From Schizosaccharomyces osmophilus (lineage: Eukaryota), in assembly GCF_027921745.1 (NCBI RefSeq), contig NC_079238.1, forward strand, positions 4,712,001-4,776,000: 64,000 bases of DNA, in the 5' to 3' direction. Shown piece after piece: positions 62,540-64,000 of this stretch. Position numbers and translations under genes: made by a program. The notes beneath the pieces are model-generated. The model worked only from the letters and a program-made list of their open reading frames with translations, had not been told where the DNA came from and did no database searches. The first letter of the stretch is position 1. The number at the start of each line of letters is the position of its first letter.

Positions 62540-63854
62540 TCAAGCAGAAGCAGTAGCCTTCTCAGCAGAATCGGCTTCAACATTTGCAGCGGAAGCCTCT
62601 TGAGTGGCAGAAGCAGCTTGTTCGGATTCAGCCTTCTCACCCTCCTCAGAAACGGCATTATTTTCATCTTCCTTCTCCTCTGTTTCTTTTTGCTTTTCTT
62701 CACGAGATATAGCATTCTTAACAACCAAGGTAAGATCACCAATTTGTTTACCGTTCATTTCTTCAATGGCACGAGTTTGTTCTTCAGGAGTGCTGAAGGA
62801 AACAAAACCGAAACCACGACCACGGCGTTGTTCACCACGAAGCTTGATGCGGCGGATAATATAAGGAGGGAGAGAACGAACAGCAATACGAGCCCGGATA
62901 GGGTTGTAAGCATCGAACATCTCCTTCAAGCCTTCGTTTGTTAAAGTAACCGAAAGGCCAGAAACATAGATAGAGTTAGGGGGAAGAGGCTTAGCCTTCT
63001 TCTTGCCAGCAGCATTTCTAGACTTGTTGTTTTGTTTTTTTTCTGTAGAAAGAGGTTCAGAGGATTCTTGGCTTTCCTCATCTTCCTTTTCAGGAGAAGC
63101 TTCAGAATCTTCAGCGGTAGTGGCGGTTTCATTATTTTCTTTATCGGAAGTATTCTTCTCCTTAAGCTTCACATGGTTAGCCACACAGCTCTTATAATAG
63201 TAAAGTCTGACTTACTTCTTTCTTTGATTTTTTGGGTTGTTTTTGAACAGGGCGAGCTCTCTGAACGGCAATCTCGCGTTCGTTCAAGGTTTTTCCATTT
63301 AAGGTATCAATAGCCTTCTCTACATCTTCCTCGCTGGCGAATGTGACGAAGGCGATACCAGATGGTACTAGGCGAGTTCCACGGCGTACGCGGCGGAAAG
63401 GGATGGTAACTTTGCGACTGAACTTAGTTAGCAATCACCTCCACTAATCAATTTATCAAACAATAGGGCAAACCACTCGAGTAATTGTTGCGATTCAAAC
63501 GAAACCAACTGTTAACGCCATAAAAATGTCCCATTTATTGGCTCTAGAAAATCCATAACAATTTGGTTTCTGTTTTCTATTTTAGCAATTTACTTCAACA
63601 TTCTCCTCATACGAAGAGATACGGTTTAGTCCCTTTTAATTAACATACACAGCTCCGACAGTTTCAAACAAAGAACGGATCTCGCTCTTCTTGGTAGAGG
63701 TATTCAAGCGGCCAACAAAGACACGGAAATCTTGTTCTTGGTTTGTGGTTTCTTTTGGAGATTCAGCGGCAGAAGCAGCAGTGTTTACAGAGTTCTCTAC
63801 TTGCTCTTGAATCACAGTTGGTGTGTTATCAACAACGGTTCCTTCTGCAGACAT
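62540..63854 (-). CDS. tcg1: Two-RRM single-stranded nucleic acid-binding protein Tcg1 (3 exons)
   Basis: FRVFVGRL, GIAFVTF, IYVSGL, RGFGFVSF; introns 63418-63648 and ~63167-63215. Confidence 0.88.
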
Positions 63855-64000
63855 TATTAATATCGTCTAGAGTGTTTTCTCGTGAATAGTGGTGATATGT
63901 GTTAAGGGTAAGTTTATATATGGGTGAATTACCGCAAGTACGCAACTCCGTAAGGATACAATAATTCGCATGCACCGAAAGGTATAGAAAAAGGATATTT

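Noticed and set aside
1..64000. CRISPR arrays, rRNA genes and the many short overlapping ORFs in the track
   Set aside because: No repeat-spacer array or rRNA seen; the short ORFs are antisense, alternate-frame or intron read-through artefacts

Overview
Fungal genomic DNA from a Schizosaccharomyces species. It is not S. pombe itself; an S. octosporus/cryophilus/osmophilus-type relative is inferred from protein divergence and locus layout. The first ~11.8 kb is a mating-type donor region. An M cassette (Mc) and a P cassette (Pi/Pc) lie head-to-head, with their H1 boxes forming a perfect 63-bp inverted repeat only 594 bp apart. Gene-poor DNA follows, carrying a decayed Tf-like (Ty3/gypsy) retrotransposon. 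An accessory block comes next: methyltransferase, Cof-type HAD hydrolase, frp1 and pcl1 iron genes, and an intronless, bacterial-looking (Flavobacterium-like) bioD-bioA pair in operon order. The rest is housekeeping genes syntenic with S. pombe chr II (SPBC1198/SPBC660), with two inversions, an extra divergent Sec24-family gene and a pirin-like gene with an N-terminal hydrophobic segment. Orthology calls come from recalled family motifs, not from database searches. Exon boundaries were read by hand from GT/branch/AG signals and checked for frame where stated.
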